Shown piece after piece: positions 24,746 to 38,690 of a DNA stretch of 64,000 nucleotides (within the stretch, counting starts at the first letter, position 1; each line of letters begins with the position of its first letter). The position numbers were made by a program, and so were the translations under genes. Origin of the DNA: Epiperipatus broadwayi (taxonomy: Eukaryota > Animalia > Onychophora); assembly GCA_028023455.1 (NCBI GenBank), contig JAQFVV010000005.1, positions 186,001-250,000 of the forward strand, in the 5' to 3' direction. Under the pieces are notes generated by a model. That model ran no database searches. It was not told the origin of the DNA and was given only the letters and a program-made list of their open reading frames with translations.

Positions 24746-24995
24746 TAAGATCTAGGCGCAGTGCTCAAAGATTCAAGGCTCCTCACTGATGAAAGCCATG
24801 AATTAGAAACTAGACTGGGGAGATGAGTAGGCACTAGATAGGAATTTTATGCACAAACCTTCTTGCATTCATTGATTACTAAAGCTTGCACTGGGTGGCA
24901 CTACTGTATGGAGAGTTTTCTATTGTTATTAACAGTTTGTGTAAGCATAGAAAATGATCATGCGATGTTTTAGTGGTTTTATATCAATCCAACAC
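24746..24995 (+). repeat. HHR repeat family A fragment with degenerate hammerhead (24781-24820)
   Basis: CCTCA-CTGATGA-AAGCCATGAATTA-GAAAC-TAGAC-TGGGG. Stem II and the cleavage triplet are mutated. Confidence 0.75.
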
Positions 24996-25412
24996 CATAT
25001 TTTTTACAAACAGTTAAAAAAAATGGCAACTTTCTTTTATTTATTTGATTAGAAATTAATTCTCATAAATGTAAATAGGAAGTTTATGGAGAAGAGCTGT
25101 AGGTATGTATCATCTCTGTAGGAACATCTCGACATTTAAATTCATTTCGTTTGTATTTTTAAAATATTAAGTAGCAGATGTAAAGTTGTTTCATTTTTTT
25201 TATCTGTTTGTAAAAAAGATTTTATAATTTAGATAGCACAACTAGACAATTATATGTAAATTGTCATATTTGTTTATATAATTCCAATTTAGTGTTATAC
25301 ACTTTTTTATAAAAGATACACTATTTCTTAACAAAGTTTAAAATTTTGTTAAGGAGTGGTTAACTTACAATTTAGCTTAATGCACATATAAGTATATATA
25401 CCCTTCATTATA

Positions 25413-25935
25413 GTAAGAAAATCAAGTCATATATCATGTATAATGAGTGTGATAATAGCGCTAAACAAGCTTTGCAATAAATGCCATAAAAGAAAACATT
25501 TAAAATCTTTATCTACAATTATCCCTATCCCCAAACTGGTTGAGTCACATGATGTATGACTTAATTTTCTTACTATTATAGTTTTGTTTTTGAGGCTTTG
25601 GTGATGTTATATTGCTAAAGCTATTAATATATGGTGTATCTGAATTTAGTGCAGCCCCATATGACTATTTAAGTTAGATAGCTGGAATTGAAGACATATA
25701 GATGCCTGAAAATTTCAGATTTTGTATTTAATAGTTAAATATTAGATAAATGCTGTGCTTGAGTTGGCATTTTGGATCTAATGTCTGAATATCCTAACAC
25801 CTCACTGAGGAGAGCCATCAGCTCGAAACTGGTTTGGGAATAGGGGTAATTCTATATAGAGATTTTAAATGCTTTCTCTTATGACATTTATTGGAAAAGC
25901 TTGTTTAGAGCTATTAGCATGCTCATTATATTATT
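25413..25935. mobile_element. HHR repeat family B insertion with inverted arm and 10-bp TSD
   Basis: TSD CTTCATTATA at 25403-25412 and 25936-25945. 25413-25540 is an inverted copy of about 25829-25935 plus extension. Internally similar to family A. Confidence 0.8.
25800..25839 (+). ncRNA. Type I hammerhead ribozyme (family B), sense to EFHD2
   Basis: CCTCA-CTGAGGA-GAGC catca GCTC-GAAA-C TG G-TT-TGGGA. Core intact, GUU triplet, stem I 4/5 pairs. Confidence 0.78.
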
Positions 25936-25977
25936 CTTCATTATATATAACAGTAGTGGTTTTTTTTTTTTTTTTAG

Positions 25978-26112
25978 TTCCTATTAATTTTTAGAAAAGC
26001 TGCTGCTGGTGAATTACAAGAAGAAAGTGGTTTGAGTAAACTTGCAAATTTAACAGAGATAGATGTTGATAAAGAAGGAGTTGGTGGTGCAAAAAACTTC
26101 TTTGAGGCTAAG
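25978..26112 (+). CDS. EFHD2: EFHD2 / swiprosin-1 internal exon
   Basis: ttttag|TTC...GCT AAG|gtaata encodes FLLIFRKAAAGELQEESGLSKLANLTEIDVDKEGVGGAKNFFEAK. 135 nt, phase 0/0. Confidence 0.97.
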
Positions 26113-29100
26113 GTAATATATATATATTTGTTCATTATACTATATATTTTGTTGACTTACAAGTATTCAAAAAGACTTTCTGAAAATATAATAGCCTTTC
26201 TTAGTTGATAATTTTTGGAACTCTTAAATTCAAAAATATTTTTAGACATAATATATAATTTACTATTAAATAATACAATAAATATTAATTTTACATAGCA
26301 TTAAATGTGTTATGAAAATAGATCAAAGATAACCAATCCCACCTAGCTGTGAAATAATTAAATTCACCACATTACATGAGCAATCTAAAGAATAAAATAA
26401 CTTATTTATATCAAAATGCATAAGAATAGACAGTCCTACTCTGGGATCCAATATATGCTTTAGATTTGCTAATATAAAATTGTGGATTTGTTTAATTATT
26501 TCATAAGTAGATGGAGCTTAGTCATCTTTATTTTAATATTACATAAATAGCAATATTCGTGGGCAAAAGGGCAATTTCATAAATAGCATTGGGAAAAGTA
26601 ATAACAAATAATGATCAATAATTTATAAGCATGTATAAAATTTCATGTTTCCTGAGTGAGCTAATTATACTATATAAAAGTGTAAAATTATCATTTTTAT
26701 TTAAATGATATCTTCCCCCCAAGAATTTATTACACTCTCTCAGTATTTGCAAAAAGATAAATCCTCCATATCAAGACTATATTCTTCAAGCCGTTTTGTT
26801 TTATTTTTACTTTAAGCACTTATATTTGTCTTCATCTTAAGACTATTTATCAAGATTCTTTTTCCATTTTATTTGCAAACCAAAACTGGCAACTTTATAC
26901 TGAGAAGGCAGGTTTATGGAAAAAGGCAGCTTATCTTAACTTAACAAGGTGAGAAGAGACACAATCCAATGTCCATTTATTTTAGGTTTATTCATTCAAA
27001 ATTTTACTTTCAAAAATTAAGTATTTGGATTATTCACATTTAGTTAATAATTTTTTTTTTTTTTTAAAAGTCTGCGAAAATATTAATGATTGTAATGTGG
27101 TCTGCTGCATCAGCAATTACTAGTGGCATTTAAAAAATGCTTTGAAGGCATTCTGGCGCCCATAATATTACACTGCTTGCCTTTACTCTACAAAATAGTT
27201 CAATATTTTACTATATTATATAATGTAGTAAGATGAAATAGCTTATTGTAATACAAAGGATTCTCTAGTATCTCTTAGAAGAGGAACTGCAAAGACAATG
27301 TAACCCATCAGAACAATTGATGGAGATTTTCTTCTTTTAACATATAATTTTTTATTTAGATGACTGTTTACTTCCTGATAATTATGTCAAAAAAATGATG
27401 AACTTGTTTGGAAATTATCAATTACCCAGAAAAATTTTGATTTTCACCTTCATCTTGTATCTAAGTCACAATAACAGTAGTTAAAAATATTGACACTAAA
27501 CCACAAAGTTCTTCATAGTGGATATATACACAAAATATACGATTCTATCATATAATTTCAGCTTATTCAGTTTTAAGATGTGACGGAAAAAATATAGATA
27601 TGTGCTTTATTGAAATTTTTTTTATAGTTTTCTTACCTTTTTTAATTTCCTTGTTAAAATAAAAATAATTGATGGATTGTTTAGGAATTCATAAGAAGTT
27701 TGTGCATCGGAAGTAACCATACTAGATTACAATTCATCTAACTTTGAACTCCATTGCAGTTATAATTATTAATACCAATAATTAATTCATAATTGACAAC
27801 TGAATTGATTATGGGTTATCTCCCTAAAAAATCTTGAATTTATTTGAAAGTTTTATCTAGCTGAAAGTTAAGATCTGAATCTATGTTACGAGTGAGGCAT
27901 GATATTACATGAATCTAATATATATCTATGTATATGTATAAATAATTAGTTTTATTTGATTAGAATAATAACTTGTGCCTCTTTTATATATATATTAGTG
28001 AATATTGTTTTATTTTTTTAAATATCATCTAAAGTTTTCTTTTTATAAAAAAATCTAATGTTATGGTATATTATTCATGTGTCCATTACTGTTGATAGAT
28101 AAATATTCATGTTTATTGCCAAAATGGCATGGTTCAACAAACAATTGATCTTCCACCAAACCAAATATACACTTGTAGGGTTTGAATCTACACTGGAAAT
28201 TTTTTCATCAGACTTGGGATTTTTCTTTATATATCCAACCTAGATAACTACCCAATATTAATCAATAATGGGTATCTAGCTTTATTGTCTGACAATACTT
28301 CTTTACTGTTTTCTCTGTAGTAGTGGTAAATTCTGGAGAAAATTTTACTGTTTGTTAGGCCATTTATTTATTGTTATATTTATTGAGCTAAATTCCAAAT
28401 GCTAAATTGATAATGAAAGTATATCTGAATTTATATTATTTAATTGCAAGACTTATATATAATCCTTTTCTTTATCAGCTTTATTAAATGCTTCTGTTAT
28501 TTTTCAATTCCTTTATTTTATATCATTTTAATGTAATTTCTTACACAAAAATATCCATCAAATTTCATTTTCTAGTTTTAAATGATTTTCTTTATGTTTA
28601 GATTTGAAGTTATTGTTACTAATTGAATTTATGGCTCATTAATGTGCATATAACACATGTAAAACAGAATTTCAATTGTATTCCGAACAGAATAAACATT
28701 ATATCAAATTTAATTGGACTTCAAGTAGTTTAGTTGATATCTTTATCCCTTAGATTAATTGATCACTTATGTGGTAATTATGAAAATATCTTTATAGTTC
28801 CATGAAAAGTTATTACATCATATCAAAAGTCAGAATGTAGAAGAAAGAAAAAACTAATACAGAAACTTTTTGATGTAAAAGCTCATATATCAAACATGGA
28901 TGTCAGTTTACAGCAATCTGAAAGAATAAGTTTTGTAAAAAGTGCTACATCAAAACGATGTCATTTGCAGTGATAAAGAAAAAAGCCATTAAATCTGAAA
29001 GATCATTAGTTAGTTGAAAGCCACAGTCTAAGGAAATAATACTTGCAGTAAGTAGCAAATTTTGTATAATATCTCATTTACCACATCAATATTTGAGGTT

Positions 29101-32100
29101 CAAATCTGGATATATTTTGGAATTTTTTTTAGATAACTGAGATTTCAAAGGAAAGCTTAAGACGTTTTTTTCAGGTAGACATCTATATGGAAGCTAAATG
29201 TTTCAAGATAATCTGGGATAGATGAAATGCCACCAAAATATAATAGTAATATGATATACTTTTCACTTACAAACAAAAAATACTGGATACTTAATAAGGT
29301 CACAACTTCTGAGAAAGCAGAATGACAGATAGTAAGGAAGCAAAGAAACGATTAGAATGGTTAAGAGGATACCAGATGATCAGTTGATAAAAACAAGAAA
29401 ATAGATAATAAGAAATAAAATCAAACCAGAATTGATGCAATAACCATAATATATAATTTTCACTACTGGTAGTTGAGATGATATGATTATGATATGCAAA
29501 CATTAAAACTTTAATTTATCTTTTAAATTAAAAGGATGAAGAATGTAGAGTAAACTCACAATTTTTATAGGGCACAGAATGATAAGCAGCCAGGAAGAAA
29601 GCCAAATGAAAGATCAAAATGGCTAAGAGAATGCCAGATGATTATTAACAAAAAGGAATAAAAGGAAAAAAAAATACAGAAGGCCATTAGGAAATGATAA
29701 AATGAGAGATCTCGTGTAAACTCAAATTGTGTAGAAAAGCCTGCCTGCCCGCCCGCCCGCACATTAAATACAAATGTAATCACTTGCATTTTTAATTGAA
29801 AAACTTTGAAACAAAAACAAAACTGAAATGCTTACTGAAACCTATATATTTGATTAGTTGTATCATAATGGTGCACAATGTTTTTTAAAAAATGCTAAAC
29901 TCATAGAGAGCTTAAAACAAATTAAAAAAAAGATTGAATATTCAGTAGAATGTGAGCTTTTACATAAGAAAACAATATCTATAAGCTTTTCTACTATATT
30001 GCTGTTTTAATTCAAAATAATAATTATATCTTCATTCCAAATGGTTATGAATATATTATACCATATTTCAGTCTTTGATCAATTTTTGAACTCCACCTGA
30101 CTCAAACTGAATTGGATGTTCTTTACTCTTCTAAAAAAAAAAAGTCAGATACGCATTTATTGACCAATAATAGATAATTGCCTATAACATTCTCTTAGCT
30201 CCAGTTTAGATTTGAACCTGTTGTTATGGGCATGTCAGGTTTGTACATTTGCTCAATAGACTGAGAGTCCGGACGAAAGAGAAACAGGCTGACCAAGTCG
30301 GGATGGTGACACCCTACATCTGATCATACGTCAACTCTCTCACCCGTGCTTCCAAATACCACACTAGCAAATAACCTGCCTGAGGCTACACTTGATACTT
30401 CCTTGACCACATTCCATTACTAGCATATCGGTAGAACATGAGACTTATCCCCCCTAACTAATACTAAATGACTTAACCAGTGATTCATAAAGACTATGAG
30501 CAAGGATTGAGACTGAGGTGATATATTTTAGAAAATTTAATATAGAAATTCATAATTAATAAACAAAATGTACATAATCTATCACACACAGGTGAAGTTA
30601 TATAGGATTAACAGGTTAACAATTGAGCTTTATATGAAGGGAAATAAATATACATTTGTGATACAGAGTAGCAAACATTAAAACTCAGGTATATATATGA
30701 TTCACATGCAGGTGAATGCTATTTTGTGTATGATTAATATTTTAGCTTTATACAATAAAACAAAATGCTACAGTGGCTAATTAACCTTTACTTTGCCATT
30801 TTCTCTTTAATTGCATAGGGATGAGTAAATATTATACAAAGTTATGCAGAGATATATGCCAAGAACTTAGCAAAACACATGAGATTAAACTATCTGGGAG
30901 GTATATTACTTATCAATAAAGTTTACATCTAATTTACGATACAAATTAATCAAGTTAACCCAGATTCTGGCTCAGACAAGGCCGAGGTTATTTAATAAGG
31001 CAGATGGAACTGATGGAGCAGGGTCACTTCAGATTCTATGGCGTATCAAATATATTAATAAAAAGAGTGCATCTTGAAGGTGTGCTCGTAAAGATTTATT
31101 ACCAAGTAATCAGTTCTTTGTACCGCGCTGCTTGCTAGGACTAATAAAAGGAGACTTCTTTAGTCTGGAGGATCAAACAGCTACTTCAAGGATGAGACTC
31201 TTTGGTCTCTTTCAAATATCAAATACAAAGCAGCTTGGCTGTCCGAACTAATTGGCAGGGTTTGACATTAAATCAACCCCAATGCAGACACATATATAGA
31301 GAATATAACAAAAAGCTAAGCATTATTTGCTAATGAGCATCACATTTGCTCCGCGAATCTAATATAATCATTTTAATTCATTAAATATGCAAAATAAGGA
31401 GCATCTAGCACTTTACTCCCATTAATCAATTCCGAAATAGCACATAATAATTATACTATAGGGAAATATTTAAAATCTGGCTTAACTGTTATCTGTATCG
31501 CTTAAGACATATAGTTACAGATTTACAGTATATTTTAGGAGTTATTATGTGTCCAAATATTCATAGCATATATACTGTAGAAAATCACTCACTTAAAGGC
31601 AAATCAACACTATTTATAATTATTTATTAGGCCATATTATAGATAGCAATATTATCACTGGCGAAGAATATTAAGTACAGAAGGGAGTTTGTCTGTTTCT
31701 TTAGAGCAAATGAGAACAATGAGAGCATGTAGGTATCTCTGAGAATTAATAATTCGCCAATCTCTGTTCTGATTACTTTAGCATAAATCAAACATAACTA
31801 TGATAAAGAATGGCTTAAAATAACATCTAAACAATAAGAAGGTAATACACTTATCACTAAAGTTTTAGGGTTTAAACATTACATATTAAAATATAGGCGT
31901 ATGTGTATGATTATGATGATGATCAAGCAATATTTGATAAAGTGACTACTTTAAATTAAAGATATATAGCATATTTACATTTACATAGCAGAGTTATACA
32001 GGAGACGTAATGAGCATTAGCTTGATAGTTACTTTAAAGAATGAATGGTATTTTAGCATGTTTTACCGTGATTCTCGAGAGGGATTCTAGTAGAAGTTCA

Positions 32101-32760
32101 TGTAAGGGCGGCTTCTCTGAGTGTGATTTCTATTCTCCATGGACAGATGCGAATCTGGCTTTTCTTTTTTTTGGACGCCGTTCAATAGATGCAGCTTCAC
32201 CATTTTAATGCAGCTTATTAGATATAATTTGCTTATGGCTGGGGTGGCTTACTGGGTACAGCTTCATTATAGCTGAGGTGGCTTCTGGATACGGCTCCAT
32301 TACTATCTATGCAGCTGGCTTATACTTATAGGGCGGTTGTTGCTGATTTTTGGGCATAAGACGACTGCTGCTGTTACCATTTGCAGAAACTCTAGTGGAA
32401 GATAAATGGCAACCCCACCTTCCACTAGCCAATGGTTCTCATCTTAGCAACAATATCTTTTTAATAAATAAAACTTTTAATAATATTCTCTCTGTGATAT
32501 ATATGTTATGCCTTAATAATAAAAACAGCAAGTTTTTATATCTATCCTCAGCACACATTCCTATTTCTTTCCTGCGCTTACTACATCACTTGTTTACTGC
32601 ATCGAACCTCGTGCTCTCAATTATCTTTTACCACCTCTAAAGAAACTCTCCCGGGGCCCCTCCAAATGGTCAAGTCAGGATTTACGACCAACTGATTTCT
32701 AAATTGACTTTTTAGCTATAAGGTTAATTAAGTTAAAATGTTATTTTGGTCAAATGCGAA

Positions 32761-33080
32761 AACTCGTAAACACTTTTACAGTCTGCAGTTTTAAACAAAA
32801 CCATAAACCTAAAATAATTTTAAGAAAATGCTAATCTAGTTAATCCTTGACTAAAACAAAATTTTAGGCAAGTTTTAACTCATAAACAACTTTACCATTG
32901 GCACTTCCAACAAAAAATAAACTGGAAATAATTTTAAGTAATGCCAATCTGCTCAATCTTTAATGAAATATTACTTTGAACAAATATTAACTCGTAAACA
33001 ACCTTACCATCTGTACTTTTAACAAAGAATAAACTTGAAATAATTTTAAAAGAATATTTGACTAATATTTTAATTAAATA
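32761..33080. repeat. Degenerate minisatellite, about 114-bp unit x3
   Basis: AACTC(G/A)TAAACA...AAATAATTTTAA units starting near 32761, 32877 and 32989. Confidence 0.7.
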
Positions 33081-33558
33081 ATTTTTTACCAAAGTTTAAA
33101 TATAATTCTATATGTAAATTCTAGCTGCACAGACTGTTAGGTTTACACAGATTTAATAAATGGAGGGCTATATGTATTTATATATTATCCTTACTGGTAT
33201 CTATTTTGCAATGAAATAGGCATTTATATAGGCACATACTCTATAATTCTTAAGAGCACAAGTTCGGAGTTCTGAATTAAAGAAATACACGCAATTTGGA
33301 GTGAAATAATATACAAATAAATATACTACTATGACTATAGTAGGTGAAACAGGTGGATCTTTAGATCTAACTGTTTCAATACATTAACCATTACTTTGTG
33401 GAGAAAAATGTACCAATCTAAAAACTTTGGAGGAAGAAAAACTGGGCCATTACTTCATAGGATATAGTAAATAGAGTATTTAGAGCTGCAGTTAGTCAAT
33501 TTTATAAACAATATATTAGCTTTATATATGTTAATCTTAATACATTTTATTTTTTAAG

Positions 33559-33699
33559 ATTGAACAGCAGAGTTTAAGTAAAAAACATGAGCAAGAAATC
33601 AAAGATGAGCAAGAGGAAAGGAAGAAAGATGCAGAAGAGAAGAAACTCAGGAGAGAAGCTTTTAAAGAAAAGGCGGCCTTTTTCCAGAAAACAGTTTGA
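33559..33699 (+). CDS. EFHD2: EFHD2 / swiprosin-1 last coding exon (coiled coil)
   Basis: tttaag|ATT GAA CAG... encodes IEQQSLSKKHEQEIKDEQEERKKDAEEKKLRREAFKEKAAFFQKTV*, in frame with the previous exon. Confidence 0.95.
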   Translation: MEQQSLSKKHEQEIKDEQEERKKDAEEKKLRREAFKEKAAFFQKTV

Positions 33700-35549
33700 A
33701 CTATTATGAAAATTAACACATCAGTTTAACCAGTTGATAATTTTTATATATTTTAGTAAGAATATATTCTATTTTTTCAAATTATGTATGTTAATGTACA
33801 TATTGTACTCTAGTTGACAATGGCAAGATGAGTGAGGCCTTATATTGCAAATTTTTTATGTAATTTGTTATTTGATTTCCAATTTCAGGAATTAGAAATT
33901 GGCATTAGGGTATATAAATATGAAAAAAAAAAAAAACCCCACAAAATTTTGAGTGCAATTATGAAAGAAATCATTTTGATCGTATAAATATCAAATATAA
34001 GTATATCTATATATGTATAAAACCTATCATAAGCACCCAAAATGTAACAAGGCACCATCCACGTGGACCAACATTTAATGTAAATAAAATAAAATCATTC
34101 ATCTTTTAAATCAACAAATTAAGACAACTTTGATTTAGGAAACCCTCTATTCCTGTTTCTCATCAGTTGTGCTATGCATTAACTTTCAAATTCACAATTT
34201 AAACAGTTCTGTTAATTATATACATAAAAAAATAATCTTTCTTATTATTAATTTTAAAGTATGGAAAGTATTCGTTACTTAGTTATTTTAAATATAACAA
34301 GCCTTTATTCTGATCAGTAAGAATTATAATTTTAAGACTATAATTTGTAATAATAAAATATAACTTTATAAATATTCAAGATGCAATAAGCCATTTGTGG
34401 AAAAATGAGATAATTTTTATAAATTAATGATCAAATTACTGAACCAATAAAATGATAGAAAATTATTTATATATTTAAAAAAAATTGTTAGCTATCGAAT
34501 TGTGAATTTGACAACTGAGATTAGTTTAGATGGGGTTTCCCAAAATTAGTTCTTAGTGGTTTTTTATTTTTTGGATAGTTGATTAATTATAAGATTAGTG
34601 ACTTTATAATAAATATATGAGAGACCGATGATTATAATATATATATATTAATATGAATTTTTCATTTGTACTAGTTGGCCAAATTCTTTATTAAATAATT
34701 AAATATTATTTTTAAATAATTTAGTTGTATTTGTCTTTTAAATTTAACTATTGTTTAATGCACATCATACTTAATTTCATATTGGATTTTGTTTTTTCAA
34801 AAAAAATATCAGTGATTTTTACATTAACAACTATAAACAGAAGTTTTTTAATCAGAATTAAGAAAAACATCCTATATTATTTTAAAAGCAATTTTATTTC
34901 ATCTCATCACAATATATATTTTTTAAGTTTTTTAATGAAGTATTAAACAATTTTGATTTAAAAAAAAAAGTCACAGGTCATGTGACAAGCGCTAATTTTT
35001 CAGAATGTTTTTTTTTGGTTATCATTACAACAAAACAGACATTTTAATGTAGATTAACATTTAATTTTTGATTTTAATTATAAAATAATTTTTGTTAAAT
35101 AAATGAAAAATATCTTTTTTTTTATACAACAAATTAAAAAATATAGACACATTTGCTTAAAGAGATTGGCTGGAATCTAAGTGTCTAATATGTTAAAACT
35201 ATCAGATCACTAGCTTAATAAAAAAAGAACTTTATCTATTCAGCCAATAACCAGAAAATAGTCTTGGAACATAATTGACATTACTAACTAGCACTCCTTG
35301 ACTATTCATACTTATAAGAAATAGTCTAAAGTGAAACATTTAAAAGAAGTATGATTCTTCCATCCTTGAGAATAACAAAATGCTTTATTTACAATCAATT
35401 TCGATAAAGTTTTTTATTCTAGTTGGATTCTACTTTAATCCGTTGAATAAAGTTTCTAGATACAAGCAAATGTAAATAAGTCAAAAATATTTTTTTTGCC
35501 TTTTAGTTATAAAATGGGGGAATGATTTTAGTTTTCCAGAAATGTACAC

Positions 35550-35820
35550 TCATTCCATGTGTTTAGTTTATAGATTGGAAACCTGGTATTTGAACAAAAA
35601 GGAAATAGTTCATCTGAAAGTCTTTGAAATATAATGTTATTGCAAAATAGAACAGATAAATTGGGTCAATAAAAAGTCAAGTGTATAAATTCTGCAAGAA
35701 AAGAATAGAGTATTGCGATAGATATCAGAAGATTCTGTTGATTAGACCCAATTTGTGTTATGATAGTCATTTATGTAATATTATTGAAGGAAAAATAGTG
35801 TAAGAGAGCAAAATGCTGTA
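35550..35820 (+). mobile_element. RTE (BovB-like) LINE remnant
   Basis: LVYRLETWYLNKKEIVHLKVFEI*CYCKIEQINW ... IIEGKI, resembling the RTE motif LYGxETW...FEMWCYRRIL.ISW. Confidence 0.55.
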
Positions 35821-37419
35821 CACATATTATGTAGATATGCTTCTGTGGGTACTTGTGTCCATGTCAAGAGGAAAGCTGATTGTCAAGTAGTGGAATAAAC
35901 TATTGTGAATTTTTTATTACCAGTTAGAAGACTGAATTACTATAATGAATTATAAAATTAAAATTTTTGACAAATTGTATTTGTACTCCTGATTTTCAAA
36001 TATAGTTAATTATCTTGGACTATAATTTGATATGGAATTCTTTGTGTGGTTGAATAAAATATTTGAACTATTATAGATCTTGATAGTAGGTGGAAATTTT
36101 AGCTAATCCTTTTTATAAATATATATACTGAACTGATTATACTAAACAGAGCATTTACTTCAAAGCCATCTACTATAAACTAAAATGATTAATAGACACT
36201 AGACAGTAATGTCCCATTCAAATTCTGACTAGTTTCTCATCCATGGTCTATATATCCAGCAACTATTTTTATTATTATCCAAGCTATTGATCTAAGAATG
36301 AGCATCTAACTTTGAATCCAAATTATCTGTATAATTATGTAAGTCAGAAAATAGGTTAGCATCTACTATAACAGAAATGAATTAAAATAGTGGCAAGGTT
36401 AGAGATAAGACAAGATTTATGATTTCAAACTTCCTCTTGATATCAATATTTTTAATTTCTATTCTTAACCAGAAACAAATTTGGAAATGTGGATATTGGG
36501 ACAATGTACAGTCAACTGATTATTCAAACTTTTAAAATGTGTCTTAGGAATAAATTAGTTTCTAATGCAAACTTTTTAAAAAAAGTCATATTTTTGCTGT
36601 TGTAATTATAGTGCTTTATTCTGTATGACCATGACATAGTTCAAAATGGAAGCAACTGAACTCCAATTTTTTTGGTTTATCTTAAATCATAACCAAACAT
36701 GTTTCCCATCTAATATCATTAGGTATATGGCTATTTAGCTAGTCTTTGTTGGAGATTATACAATAATTATGATTTCAAATAAATTGGCCTGATTTTCTTT
36801 TAGAACAATTTACCACTTCCTTTATTTTACTGTAATCTTATAAATAAAATCCCTATTTTTCCTGTTGCCTGATTGGTGAATGTATGTCTGATGCCACATA
36901 TCAAATTCACAGCTACTATGTTTATGCAAAGAAAATGCTACCATTAATAAAAAATGCTTAGTAAAAAATCGGTACACGTGTTTTTAACTACAGAAGTCAG
37001 TACATAAATTCATGATTGAAATGTGATATTTAGTGAGGAGGAAAAAATAGATGTATACAGTACTGTAATTACATTTAGTTTTGGTTAGCGCATTATGTTT
37101 ATGTGAAGGAAATAATTCTGTCATTTGTAAAAAATGCTCTGAAAAAAAATCAGTACTATAGTATTTAAATCTTGAAGAGAATAGTGTATAATACATAAAT
37201 TCATGTTTGAAATGTGATATTTTGTGAGGGGGAAAAATAGATGCTATAGTATTGTATTTAACTGATGTCAAAACATAGGTTTTCAGGTTGGGGTACAATT
37301 GTCACATTTAAAATCTTTTGTTTAATTTACATTAAAATCTGAAATTTTTTGTTTAAAGCAATCAATTAAAAAAAAACAATGGCCTTTATAATGCCAGGTA
37401 CATCTGGTAGTTAATATAA

Positions 37420-37740
37420 ACACAATTTTTACATCTTCAAGCACTTTTTTGAAAATTTTTTTTATTGTGCATACACACATAATTTAACATTTTGACTGTG
37501 CTGCAGTCTTCCTTGGAACTATATGACAAATAAAGTATATAATACAATAAAAAATGTCACGTAATTTATTTTTACTATATTTTATTTTTTTAATGATTAC
37601 ATTTTTTATTGTATTATTTATATAGTTATTTATTTTGTCATTATACCATAGTTCTGAGGAAGATTGCAGGATAGTCGAAACATATATAATAAAAATTTTT
37701 TTGCTAAAAAGTGTTTAAAGTTAGGTGTAAAAATTGTATT
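37420..37740. repeat. Foldback element: inverted pair, each arm with a hammerhead-like motif
   Basis: Arms at about 37420-37560 and 37600-37740. The + arm has CTGAGGA-A-GATTG cagga TAGTC-GAAAC at 37654-37681; the - arm has CAAGGAAGACTGCAGCACAGTCAAAA. Confidence 0.7.
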
Positions 37741-38559
37741 TTCTTTTAGAACACATTAATACTCAAAAGGAAAGCAATTAGGCAAGACCATGTGCTCTTA
37801 GCCTAGGCAGAGCTAAAAAAATTGTGTTTAATTGCAAGAGTTGCCAGAAGCTCTAACAACTATGAATTTTGCAACATGACAATTAACTTTTTAATGAAAT
37901 TTATAAAATTTGATTCCTTTTTTTAATATTATGCTTCTGGACAGCACTTCATCATCATATATATATGTATAATCTATAAATGCCATGGGCCAAATTTATT
38001 TATTAATGCCCAGATAATGCATATCTGTGGTCATAAATTCAGTTTTGATAAGACTCAGAATTACAATGCAAGCCTAATATCAAAAACAAATTTTAATAGT
38101 GATTTTTATAATTCTGGGGATGGGTGAGAGTCACAATTTGTTTCACAATTAATGGCAGTTAGATTTGCTTATTATTAAAGATAGATTGAATACATAAGTT
38201 AAAAACATACTTTATCTGAAAGTATTAAATTATATTAATCATAATTTTGTCATTATCATTGAGAACTGTTACATACTTCCATAAAGTAGTTTGATTTATT
38301 ATATATATTTATTCAAACACCTGTCACAATTCCTTTCCTCTATTAATGTAATAAATTGTTTTTCTCTTCACCAATAAAAATTGTAATTATACATGTGATT
38401 TTTTTTGCATGCATTAGTGAAACTATAATTATACTATAATGTTTAATATGCCTATTTAGTGCTTTCGAGATTTAGTATTCTAATCTCATACTCGTAGCTT
38501 TACGAATGAAGACTGTTGTAATTTATTGTACACATATGCAAATGAGCTTGAATTTTTAA

Positions 38560-38690
38560 TTAGTTAGTCCATTGTTTGGAGAGAGCAAAGCATACCTCTC
38601 TTCTATTAATGGCCCTGGGATCATTTGCTATGTAAAAAGCTTCTTTGACCTTTCTTTTGTCATCACTCTTCTCTGTGCAAAAAAATCGCA
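38560..38690 (-). mobile_element. Penelope-like GIY-YIG C-terminal remnant
   Basis: CTEKSDDKRKVKEAFYIANDPRAINRRE...LSKQW, matching the same region in 10071-10350. Confidence 0.55.

Noticed and set aside
30260-30290. CTGAGAGTCCGGACGAAA, resembling a canonical hammerhead
   Set aside because: N7 is missing, stem II has no loop, and there is no compatible stem I/III or NUH site.
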